A stretch of 64,000 bases of DNA, from the NCBI GenBank assembly GCA_002269645.1, contig NIVC01000535.1:63757-127756 (forward strand), given 5' to 3'. Below are positions 11,540-23,041 of this stretch, piece by piece; position 1 is the stretch's first letter, and the number at the start of each line of letters is the position of its first letter. A program made the translations under genes and the position numbers. Source of the DNA: Macrostomum lignano. Its lineage: Eukaryota. The notes under the pieces are model-generated. The model made no database searches. It worked only from the letters and a program-made list of their open reading frames with translations, and was not told the origin of the DNA.

Positions 11540-13245
11540 CATTAAATACAAGCAATTGAGTCAGAATTTATCAATTCTATATTTAGAAAACTTGGAACTT
11601 TATGTTTATTCAGTGTTTATTTAGTTTAGCTCTAAGTAAAAATACATATTAGGCCTAGTTAATATTTAAAACTTTTTTTGACAAATTTTTTATCTTTACT
11701 TTTTAGCAGTTTAGACCCTGTTTAGCAGTTGCTACTATATAGGAAACAACTTTAATATTCTATATTATGTTTACATTATTTACTTTGTTTACTATACCTA
11801 CTATAATATAAGATAAAAAATTAAAGACATTGGCTATAGTAAAAATAAGGGTCAGATATGATGATCACAATTGTGATTACAATTTGTGAATTCATGACCA
11901 TTTTTTTACAATTGTGATTTCCTTGAAACCCATTTATGAGGTATGTGAATTTCTGCTTAGGCCTACTTTTTATTTAAATTATAACTTTTTATTTGATTTA
12001 CTGAAATAAAAAGGTAAACACAAATGTATAAAACAGTAATAGGGCCCCTAAATTTTACATTTGTTGACTTGACAGCATTATCAAGTAGAGGCCTATCTAT
12101 GAGTATTATCTAATATAAAATGATTTTTTTCTTGTTTTGTTATTTTTAAGGCCTATTTTCTACACATTTAACTTACAAGCTTGTAAAACATGTATGCATA
12201 ATAAATAAAAGAGAAAGAAAAGACTATTGACAATTTAATATCATCTTTTATAATAGCAATTATAACATAGTGTCCATTTTGGCATGAATTTGGCAGGAAT
12301 ATAGGTCTAATTCAGATTTTGTATAAATATATAAATATAAATTCACAATCAATCATGCCTAACTTTAAAAAATTTAAAAAAATTCATGCCTAACCAAAAT
12401 TTTCTGCTTGTCAAACCTCTGATAAAAATAAGAGAAATATATATTCTTGTGTTGTCCCTTTGACCCTTCATAGATCTTAAGTCTTAAGCTTGCCTTTTAT
12501 GATTAGGCCCTATGAATATTATTGCAAATGTTTTTATTAATATTTATTATTAGTAATTAAATTTAAAGTTATATTATATTAGATATAAACTAGGATGAAA
12601 ATTTTATACAAAATCCTAAATGCAAAAAACTTACACATTTTGTATGCCCATTATTAGCAAATTCCTGCAGTTGCATACACTTTTTATAAAAAAATCATTT
12701 GTAAAAAGAAAGCTGGAAATTAGGATGAATTATTTGAAAAGGGTTGTATTCCACTTGTGATATATAAAAACTATTTTTGCATATAAGAGGCAATTGGCTT
12801 CGCAAAAAGGTCCTTATGAGCATATAAACCAAAAAGTAACAGTAATGATGTTCAAAATTTTATTTATTTTTATAGCATTTATAGATAATAAATAGTCCCT
12901 ATGCAATTTTATCAAAGACCTAGAATTAAAATAAGTCAATTTTTATAAATAGTTTATTAAAACATTTAGCAATGTTTAGTAGACCTAATAGTAATCACTA
13001 TTATTAAATAATATACTATCCATTTTGATTTTATTGTTTATTTGAAATCAAATGATTTATATATACAACATTTGGTCTGATTTTGAAAAAAACTACTATT
13101 GTAAAGCTTTATATAATCTTGATTGATAATTCTATCTATAATTGTATATTATCCTCCTGTTTATCATAAAATTTCTATGATATCCTTATATTACTCTATT
13201 ACCACACATCAAAGTAGCAAAAAATAATGCTCTAGAATAAGTCTC
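11540..13245. mobile_element. Very AT-rich, CpG-erased block; probable ancient transposon relic of unassigned family
   Basis: About one CpG seen by eye in ~1.7 kb, no ORF >60 aa, and it abuts the 11378-11474 inverted repeat. Confidence 0.3.
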
Positions 13246-13248
13246 TAA

Positions 13249-13717
13249 AAGAGTAAGCCTCCCTACTCATCTGCATTCTTGAGAGTAAGCCTCCCTACTC
13301 ATCTGCACTCTTGAGAGTAAGCCTTCCTACTCAACTGCATTCTTGAGAGTAAGCCTTCCTACTCAACTGCACTCTTGAGAGTAAGCCTTCCTACTCAACT
13401 GCATTCTTGAGAGTAAGCCTTCCTATTCATCTGCACTCTTGAGAGTAAGCCTTCCTATTCATCTGCACTCTTGAGAGTAAGCCTTCCTATTCATCTGCAC
13501 TCTTGAGAGTAAGCCTTCCTATTCATCTGCACTCTTGAGAGTAAGCCTTCCTATTCAACTGCATTCTTGAGAGTAAGCCTCCCTACTCATCTGCATTCTT
13601 GAGAGTAAGCCTCCCTACTCATCTGCATTCTTGAGAGTAAGCCTCCCTACTCAACTGTATTCTTGAGAGTAAGCCTCCCTACTCAACTGCATTCTTGAGA
13701 GTAAGCCTCTCTACTCA
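13249..13717. repeat. 32-bp minisatellite (~14.5 copies) just upstream of MEMO1
   Basis: Unit gagagtaagccttcctactcatctgcattctt. Confidence 0.95.
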
Positions 13718-13814
13718 ATTCAAGCAGATATAAAAAGAACACAAATAGCTGCACACAGATCAGTTTAGCTACACCAAAATACCAAAAACAATCTGTTCAT
13801 TCGCACTTCAGAGC

Positions 13815-15183
13815 ATGGCATTGCGCAGGGCAACTCACGCAGGCAGCTGGTACACTGACCGGCCAGACCAGCTGGACCAGCAGCTCACCAGTTGGCTGGC
13901 CGCTGCCGGACCCCGCGTCGGCGCCGCTCGGGCCATCGTGTCACCCCATGCCGGCTACCAATACTGCGGAGCCGTGGCCGGCTACGCCTACAAGCAGATC
14001 GACCCCGGCCCTATCAGCCGGGTCATCCTGCTCGGGCCCAGTCATCATTTCTCGTTGCGCGGCTGCGGCTTGTCTACCGCCGCCGAGTTTCAGACGCCTC
14101 TGGGCAACCTGCGGGCGGATCAGGCCACCACTGCTGAGCTGCGGGCTACTGGCCAGTTCGAGATGGTGAGGAAGAGTTGAAGGCCTCTGTTTACTTCTTT
14201 ACCTATTGAATTGTCCTCAGTTGACCTGGTCTTGACCCAAACTTATCCTTAGTTGACCCAGTCTTGACCCAAATTTATCCTCAGTTGGCCTAGTCTTGAC
14301 CCAGATTTACCCTCAATGTACCTAGTCTTGACCCAAAATTATCCTCAGTTGGCCTAGTCTTGACCCAAACTTATCCTCAGTTGATTTGGTCTTGACCCAA
14401 ACTTATCCTTGGTCTTGACCCAAACTTATCCTCAGTTGACCTGGTCTTGACCCAACTTATCCTCAGTTGACCTGGTCTTGATCCAAATTTATCCTTAGTT
14501 GACCTGGTCTCGAAGTTGTCGCCAATTGACCTGTGGTTAGCCCTGTTTATCCTGCTCAAATCTGTACTCAACCGACCCTACTAAAACTGCCATGTTCACT
14601 TAGTTCTCGTAACTTGACCTCGTTTGACCAGATCTGACCTCTGACCCCCAAATCTCAGGTGTCGCTAAACCGCGACGAGGCCGAGCACAGCCTGGAGATG
14701 CAGCTGCCCTTCCTGCTGGCCGCTATGCGCCCGAAATCGCCTCGAGACTTTTCGATCGTGCCAATCATGGTCGGCGCCATCGACCCGTCGGTTGAGGCCG
14801 CCTACGGCGCCGTGCTGGCCCCCTATCTGAACGACCCGGCCACTCTATTCGTGGTGTCGTCCGACTTCTGCCACTGGGGCCGGCGATTCGAATACACGCA
14901 CTACGACAAATCCGCTGGCCGGATCTGGCAGAGCATCGAACGGCTGGACCGGCAGGGCATGGAGGCCATTGAGACCGGCCGGCCGGACAGGTTCACCCAG
15001 TACCTGCAGCAGACTGGCAATACCATTTGCGGCCGCCACCCCATTGGCGTCATGATGTGCGCCGCCGCTCGCCACGGCTCCGGTCGATTTCGATTTCTCA
15101 ATTACGCCCAATCGTCCAAGTGCAACGATTTCTCCGATTCGTCTGTCAGCTACGCTGCCGGGGGCTTGTTTGTTAACGCCTAG
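13815..15183 (+). CDS. MEMO1: Protein MEMO1 (AmmeMemoRadiSam protein B family); 2 exons 13815-14165, 14659-15183
   Basis: MALRRATHAGSWY, IVSPHAGYQYCG, LLGPSHH, GQFEM|VSLNRDEAEHSLEMQLPF, VVSSDFCHWGRRF, NTICGRHPI, YAQSS...DSSVSYAAG. GT/AG phase-0 intron. Confidence 0.95.
14215..14510. repeat. 32-bp minisatellite in MEMO1 intron
   Basis: Unit cctcagttgacctggtcttgacccaaacttat. Confidence 0.9.
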
Positions 15184-15189
15184 GGGCTG

Positions 15190-15420
15190 GCTGACCTTAA
15201 ATGACCTTTAACAATTACCTTAAATGACATTTGGTAATAGAGACGACAGCTGATTTACCTTCAATGACCCTAGATAAACTGAGCGACCTTAAATGACCTT
15301 TAGCAGTAGAAACAACCTTAGTGACCTTAAATGACCTTCGGCGAGTTAAATGAGCTTGACCTTAAAATAACCTTTAACAACCACTTTAAATGACCTTTGG
15401 TAATAGACGACAGCTGGTTT
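15190..15420. repeat. Degenerate (gaccttaaat)-type repeat 3' of MEMO1; a related block at ~15885-16110
   Basis: Recurring gaccttaaatgacctt motifs. Confidence 0.6.
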
Positions 15421-17749
15421 ACCCCACAGATACTAAAGTAACTAGGTGGGCCACTCAGGCATATATACTTAGTAAAATAGCTTTCTACTTTCAGCTCAGT
15501 AGCAAAGAAGAATACGTAAGCTTCTTACGTATTTTATAAAAATAAAGGCAGCTGAAATGCCTTTGATAAGTTTAGAAGCCCAAGCTTGCAGGCGTAAACA
15601 ACTTGCTAATTGGTTCAGCAATAATGTACATTAGCCAGTCCACTGAAATGTACATAGCAGCCTTAGGCTGAAAGTTCGAGAAGGCAATAAAAATTGGGGC
15701 TGGCAGGGGTGGTAGTGTGGAAAGGCGCGTAAGAGCCAATAAATTGAACCTTGGCTTTAAAAATACATTAAAATGCCTCTGTTTAACTTACTACTGAACT
15801 GAAAGTAGCTTACACGCAAATGTAAGCTACTTTCTATGTAGAAAGTAGTTCTATGTACTTGCTATGTAGAAATACCTTGCTAAGTGACCTTAAATGACCT
15901 TTGGCAGTCGAAACAACCTGTTGTTTAACCTTAAATAACCTTTAGCGAACTGAGTCACCTTAACTAAATTTGGTAAGGACAGTCAGCTGATTGGCCTTGA
16001 AAACTTAAAGTTAACAAAAGTTTGTTAAAATGACCCTTCTTGACAAACTAATCCATCTTAATCTTTGGTGTTACAAAGAACCTGTTGGTTGACCTTGAAT
16101 GACTTAAATGGCTTGATCGGTAATACTGATAATCTAGCTGTGCTACTTTTATCAGTAGAGCAGGTAGATAAAGTTTGTTGAAAGTGTCTAAATACCATGC
16201 ACCTGACTATTCAATTTAATCGTCGTTTTCGATTTTAATTATCTGCTTTTGCACAGTGTGTTTCTATTTATCGGAGCATGAGCTCAATTTATTTACCGTT
16301 GCACTGGTAGAATTCAGCCTAATAACTGCCTAACATAAGTAGTGCTACTTTTATCAGTAGTCAGTAACACGATGATATTGATGCTACTTACTGTTTTATA
16401 TTGATGCCTTTATACCCGACTGTGTGTTTTTCTAGCACTGAGTAGCATCACCGCAGTTGCAATCTGATCCGAGTCAAGTAATAAAACCCCAAGAGCAGTG
16501 TTGAGCTTTCAGTGGAAAATATCTTTCAATATTAACTGCTTGTTCGTGATTTATTATTATTGTTGTCTGCTAAATAACAGTATGGTTTGCTCTGAGTTGT
16601 TGTCAGTCTTTAAATAAACATTTATTAGGTAATTAAATTTGCGTTTCTATGACTAATCTTTCCATAAAACTGTTTTGAATGATTTTTTGTTGTTTTTTAA
16701 CGTTAATTTATAAGTACTGGCAGTTCGCCACTCGCTACTTAAAGTAGCCAATTGTAGTGCACGCGTAAATTTAAAACTAGACGCCGCGCTTGAACAATAT
16801 AATTATTACTAAGCTTATCTTATCTTATCAATTACCGATAGGTTTTGCTTGTTTACGACCTTCAATACGCTCAGCTCAGTAATGCTGTGTGTTACTCTTT
16901 TACTGGATTGGTAGGCTTCCTCATTTAACACCAAATTCTCTCAATATCTCACCTTCTAGACTTTTGAGAAGGCTCCGTAAGACTGCTAGACTAGAATCCA
17001 ATGCTTCTAGTATATCCGGAAAAGTTTCTTTTATAACATTTTTTCTGGACAAATTTGTTCTTGACAGTGTTTGTCTGTGGTGAAGCCTCATTAAACTTAA
17101 CTTTATTAGACTTTCCTAGCGAGCTCTTTGTTTCATTTACGTGAATAATTTTTCTTTGTGTGTGTCTTTACAGCTTTGTTGTCCATGTAGTTCTGTAACC
17201 ATTTAATGACCGATAATTTTTTTTATTAATATCCGCAAAGTGCAATTTTTGTCGAATAATATTCAGGATTACAATAAAAACAGTGACGTCATGCATAGGC
17301 CCGAATGCAAAGTGAATGCGAAATTCTCTTGTTTATATATTTGTTATCAGGTGAAAATACATAGTAAAGCCATCATTGCTGTATCCGTGTGTTTCTCAAC
17401 TATTCAATTTAGTTTATAATTGTCATTAAATTTGTTAGTCGTTTTTTTCGGATTATTTCTTTAAAATCTGACTGAAAACACCTGATCACTAAGTGCTTTT
17501 AGATGCTATTTACCAAGCAATTGCGTCATCATTTAAGGCCTCCAGTTCATTCATTTCATCAAGTCTCTATCTTGTTGAAGGTCCTTAAAGTGCCAAAGCT
17601 ACTTGAGACTGATAATAAGCAAGAAATTTATGCGTCATAGTTGCTGCAGGTTTTAATCAAAGTTTGATATTTTTGTATCTCAAACAGATTGCTTGATCTT
17701 CCGACCCAGAAAAGACTCGGAATAAACTTTTTATGCAAAAATTCTGTCC

Positions 17750-17962
17750 TTGCCGGACTTGCCGGACCAAATTGTCTGCAATCGGTAACTTGCCGGACCG
17801 AATTGTCTGCAATCGCGGTAACTTGCCAAACCAAATTGTCTGCAATCGCGGTAACTTGCCGGACCAAATTGTCTGCAATCGCGGTAACCTGCCGGACCAA
17901 ATTGTCTGCAATCGCGGTAACTTGCCGGACCAAATTGTCTGCAGTCGGTAACTTGCCGGACC
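17750..17962. repeat. 33-bp minisatellite (~6 copies)
   Basis: Unit cttgccggaccaaattgtctgcaatcgcggtaa. Confidence 0.9.
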
Positions 17963-18850
17963 AGTCGACTAGACATAGTCAGATGTTGGGTACCTCCCAT
18001 GTCCATGACGAGGGTCTCTAATAAAACCTAAGGTTCGTTCAGGATTTCTCGATTAGGATCGCATGGATCGCGCAGGCCTTTTCCTGTTTGTTTGTCTTTC
18101 GTCATGATCGGATGATAATATACTGATGACGCCAGTCTCAGTCTGACATTCAATGATCTGCAGCTTGGCCATTGCTCTTTGGAAGCGTCCCGACCATTTC
18201 ATAATCATGGACAATGAAGTAAAAGGACGTCGGCGCTTTTATTCGACTGATCCGGCAACAAGATACCGATTTCAGACGTGATGTAGTGCAGATTGACAGC
18301 TTATTCAAAGAGTATAGGTACCTTTTAGAAAGATGTAACATCCGAAGCGTAGGTTTACTGTATTTCGACATGTTTTAACCTTAACCTATCTTAATTAGGT
18401 TGAACGTAGAAGATGAAAGGCTCTTATATCTTTGTTGCCTGTACTTTTGTGAGCGGACCCTTGGAGAACCGGAAATCCGGTCAACTTCTCTTTGTCAAAA
18501 ATAATTGAAAACCTCATTTTGCCTGCTGAGCCCTGCAGCTCTGTCTGCTTGTGCCCGAGTGTGTAAAAATGAGAAAATGGATGGAAATCGTTACTATATG
18601 AAGTCATATAGCTTGATTAATAACACTCAGCGCTAAGAGATCGTGCACGTTGCAGTGTGTGAGCTGATTTTTCAAAGTACGAAGTATATTTATATATTTC
18701 GCAGCCGTTCACGATTCATGCTCAGTAACTTTCAAAAGCCCCTTCGAGTCCCGCGCTTCTCTCGCCACTGCAACAGGATTTATAGATTTGGAAAGCTTGG
18801 GAATCGAGTCTATTTTAGGGGCGAGTCAAAGAGTCGAACTCGGGATCTTC

Positions 18851-19240
18851 TCAGGCCAGGCCGCCGCCGACTGACGGGCGGGGAAGCCGCGTTCGCTTGC
18901 AGTCGGCCATCATGAACTGGTAGTCAATGCAGCACCTGTTGAAGGTCGGCCGGTGGAACAGTTGGGCCGACGAGCGGTCCCGCTTCCAGGAGCACAGCAG
19001 GCAGTTGGTGTACTCCTGGGTGCTCTCGCAGTAGCCCTCGATCGCCAGGTCCTCGGCGTCGACGAAGTCCACGGCGTTCGTAGCCGAGACAGCGGGCGTC
19101 CGCGCCAGCGCCAGAAGCAGCGCGCAAAGGCAACAGTTGGCAAACAGAAAAGTGTTCTGCAAGAGTTTGTTCACCGATTTACTTGGTGAGATGAAAGGCC
19201 GAAACATTACAAAGATACTGCAAAGTCCGTGACTTACCAT
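18851..19240 (-). CDS. Secreted 102-aa six-cysteine peptide precursor (neuropeptide/hormone-like); coding exon 1 is ATG only (19238-19240), exon 2 is 18851-19156
   Basis: ATG is followed directly by a perfect gtaagt donor and an 81-nt intron ending ctcttgcag. Splicing gives MNTFLFANCCLCALLLALARTPAVSA (signal peptide) + TNAVDFVDAEDLAIEGYCESTQEYTNCLLCSWKRDRSSAQLFHRPTFNRCCIDYQFMMADCKRTRLPRPSVGGGLA*. Exon is GC-rich; CCAAT box near 19433. Confidence 0.75.
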   Translation of the reverse strand: MVSHGLCSIFVMFRPFISPSKSVNKLLQNTFLFANCCLCALLLALARTPAVSATNAVDFVDAEDLAIEGYCESTQEYTNCLLCSWKRDRSSAQLFHRPTFNRCCIDYQFMMADCKRTRLPRPSVGGGLA

Positions 19241-21466
19241 CGCTGCAGCTCGGACTCGCTGTTGATATTTGATTTTTTCGGAATTATTTTTTCTCTACAA
19301 CGCGCAACGGAAACTGCCTTGTCGAAGCGGCCCGATTTCGCCCTTTTTATGCCTTTTTTTACGGGGCCGAGCCGGAGTTGGCGTCTTCGCAATGGCTCGC
19401 GTTTTTCAAGCACTGCTCGGACAGCTTCTGATTGGCTGGCCACGCAATCTGCTAGTTTAGAGCTGTGCTTGCAACAAGTCTAGATGTGCAGTTGAAAGGA
19501 TGCTAATGTTGAAGTTGCATGTCGCGAGACTCTCTGAGACTCAACACCTTGAAAAGACGTAATACCTACAAAACATAATAAAAAGCAAAATGCTTGAAAG
19601 TTCAGAAGGTTAAATAGTCGAACGCATTGCCGCTCGGCCATCTGAGCTAACTAATTTATGTCAGCTGCATGCCAAGAGTACTGAACTAACCTAATAAGCT
19701 TTTGTATTCTACATCAGTAGATGGAAACTAGACTTTTTGTTATAAATTTTCCAAGAAACGAATGGCTCTTGAACTTATTGTTGGCACATTGAAATCATGC
19801 GGCAAAATCTGAAAGGTCAGGTTTGAAAGCTATACAAGCCGTACAAGTATCACGCCTGTCTACTTGGTGAATGAGCCTCCGCCAATATCCTTGAACGATA
19901 GACTAGCAGTCCAATTCTAATTAGTCATTTCGTCTTGAATTAATTGCACAAAGACAGAAGCAGTTCCCTCGGCAACTATGTAGGCGTAGGCATGGAAGAC
20001 TGACTGAAGAGCTGCACCATCGACCAAAACGTAAATTGGGCATCGTCTGGCCGACCGGAAGTGCTAACCGGAATTGTGACGTACTTGAACATCGGACACC
20101 TGCTTTCAAGTAGCCCAACCCTTGTTGTTGAGAAAACTATCAGAAAATTTGTCTCATACCCAAATTCCATAACTGCCTAATTCAACAAAGAATGCAGATT
20201 ATTCTTAATTGAAAGCAGCTTTATTTTTAGGTGTTTTTTTCTCAGAAAATATGCAATGTTCGGGAGGACACAGGCAGGGTTACCCGCCTACAGACTGCTC
20301 TGCGGTGATTAAAGACTCCTGCTGTCATTCGGTAACCTAGCCTGTAATTATCACCTGCAATAACAGTTATCATAATTATCACAAATGGAAAGCTGAAACG
20401 CTCAAAATACAGCTGCGTTTTCTAAAAAAAAATGTTTTGCATAGATTTGCCTTTTTGGATAGCGCTGACTGGGGTTTCGTCATCGACAAACTCAGTGGAA
20501 AAAGCTCCACGACAAAGCAATGGATTGAAGAGACGGTTTTCCGCGGTTTCCAGAAGCATTTCGTGGAAACACAGACTTGCTTTATTAGTAATTCTGTTGA
20601 TCATATGACAGATGTTATGAATTTACGCGTCCTTCTAGTTTAGTTGACATCAGGGTTAATTATCTTCTAGTTTTCGGTTCTATGTTGCCGGGGGGCATAC
20701 GTTCATAATACTGCTAATGAGTCCTACACGTAATCTTCAAGTTCACAATTTGCAATTGTGTGCCACGGAAAACAGGAAAATACTCAATCAACGACTGTCG
20801 TGACATCCGATTTTCTGATTCGCCTGTTTTAAATCAAGCATATTTTCAGCCAGCGAATTATGCTCGTATTTGTTTCGAATATTTTATTCTAATTTTAACA
20901 ATATTTCATACCAAATTGCATATTTTTATCAGAAATTCGGGGCAATATGAGAGGCAAAATGAGAGAGGCATGAAAATGATTTCTTCGAATATTACACGAC
21001 TTGCAGGCTTTTATGAGTAGTTTGAATATTGTTATTATTATTTTTCCTCTTATTATTGTTATTAAATGCACACGCCACGAGGGTGCTGATATTTTATTAT
21101 ATTATTAAGGCAAACAAATTAATACAGCGCAAGAAAAAAAGAAAAAGTAAATTAATAAAAATGGTTTTCGACGAACGGTAGTCAAAATATAATCTCGTAC
21201 GCAAACAGAGAATTCGAGAATCGACTGACCTTATTTTTTCGGTACTCGAGGCAAGTTTCAGTTGAAGAGCCCCTTGTTCCATCCAGCCAGAGAAATTACG
21301 AGTACTGAGATCCTGGCCCAACGCCTTCGCCGACATGGTCTTACAACCAGCGCTGAGGCAATTTTGGCCATTCCGCTGGCTCCTGAGCACATGCAAGCGT
21401 GCCAATACTGTACGCTGGCACAGCACTCACACAGGCTGTACAGCGGCACTGACTTTATAATCGTCA

Positions 21467-22372
21467 GGCATGTACACTCTCTGCCCCTCTCAATGTACAT
21501 TGCCTATCCAGAGCATGCCCACTCACTGCCTCTCTCAATGTACATTGCCTTATCCAGAGCATGCCCACTCACTGCCCCTCTCAATGTACATTGCCTATCC
21601 AGAGCATGCCCACTCTCTGCCCCTCTCAATGTACATTGCCTATCCAGAGCATGCCCACTCTCTGCCCCTGTCAATTTACATTGCCTATCCAGAGCATGCC
21701 CACTCTCTGCCCCTCTCAATGTACATTGCCCATCCAGAGCATGCCCACTCTCTGCCCCTCTAAATGTACATTGCCTTATCCAGAGCATGCCCACTCTCTG
21801 CCCCTCTCAATGTACATTGCCTTATCCAGAGCATGCCCACTCTCTGCCCCTGTCAATGTACATTGCCTTATCCAGAGCATGCCCACTCTCTGCCCCTGTC
21901 AATGTACATTGCCTTATCCAGAGCATGCCCACTCTCTGCCCCTGTCAATGTACATTGCCTTATCCAGAGCATGCCCACTCTCTGCCCCTGTCAATGTACA
22001 TTGCCTTATCCAGAGCATGCCCACTCTCTGCCCCTGTCAATTTACATTGCCTTATCCAGAGCATGCCCACTCTCTGCCCCTGTCAATGTACATTGCCTTA
22101 TCCAGAGCATGCCCACTCTCTGCCCCTGTCAATGTACATTGCCTTATCCAGAGCATGCCCACTCTCTGCCCCTGTCAATGTACATTGCCTTATCCAGAGC
22201 ATGCCCACTCTCTGCCCCTGTCAATTTACATTGCCTTATCCAGAGCATGCCCACTCTCTGCCCCTGTCAATGTACATTGCCTATCCAGAGCATGCCCACT
22301 CTCTGCCCCTGTCAATGTACATTGCCTATCCAGAGCATGCCCACTCTCTGCCCCTGTCAATGTACATTGCCA
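21467..22372. repeat. 45/46-bp minisatellite (~20 copies)
   Basis: Unit atgtacattgcc(t)tatccagagcatgcccactctctgcccctgtca. A single-T indel distinguishes the sub-blocks; this array explains the spurious long ORFs. Confidence 0.95.
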
Positions 22373-22674
22373 AGAATGCCCCACCTCCTTTAGTCTTTTT
22401 CAGCCCTAAGCCAGGGAACGCTTGCACGAAGCCTGGAACTATGTGTACGTAATTTCAAACAGAGGGGCGAATAAAATTCTAAGGAGGAGAAACGGCAGGT
22501 CAATTAGCTTGATGATGACAATTGCTGCCTAATTTCCTGAGAGCTGTCACAGTTGAGATAACGCAGAGCTCAATGCTATTATTGAAGAGACTCACGAAAG
22601 ATACTAAAAATAGCATAACAGAACCATCGATCAGCAAGCGAACTTTTGCTGCCCTGAATCTGGCTCTGCATTGC

Positions 22675-23041
22675 TCAGTCGAGACTGTCCATGCGGTACC
22701 AGTGAACAGCGGGGTCGTACACGAACAGGCTTGCCGCAGCTGGCTGCAGCTCCATACTGTCCAACCAGCGATAGATCGACTCTACTCGGTCAGTCGGCAT
22801 CAGCTCGTTGTCCCGGATGTACTTCCGGACGCTGACGTAGGCTGGAGACGCGTCTGGATGCCGCCGATCGCAACTCCTGCCGTCTGGATCGTCCAGAGTG
22901 GCCGACAAAAGCGAGCCGGTGCCGCGGCCGAAGAAAGCCATCGGAATTTGACGGCTAGCTGGGATGCGCGGCTTGGACTGCGATACTGGATTAGGCTGCT
23001 GTTGTTGTTGCTGCTGGGGCCACAAGCCCACGTCCGTCAGA
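22675..23041 (-). CDS. Probable terminal coding exon or small gene of unknown function (polyQ; ...RKYIRDNELMPTDRVESIYRWLDSMEL...)
   Basis: GC-rich open frame preceded by a polypyrimidine acceptor cttgctcttcaccgcag (AG at 23043/23042). No family recognised. Confidence 0.45.

Noticed and set aside
12600-12840. Cys/His pattern (CSCIH...KGCIP) as a KDZ/CxC or SWIM transposase remnant
   Set aside because: Too degraded and frameshifted to assign without a profile search.
22675-23041. Orphan exon as the last exon of the neprilysin-like gene
   Set aside because: The NEP frame already ends canonically (FGCPAGSNM...C...stop) at 25405.
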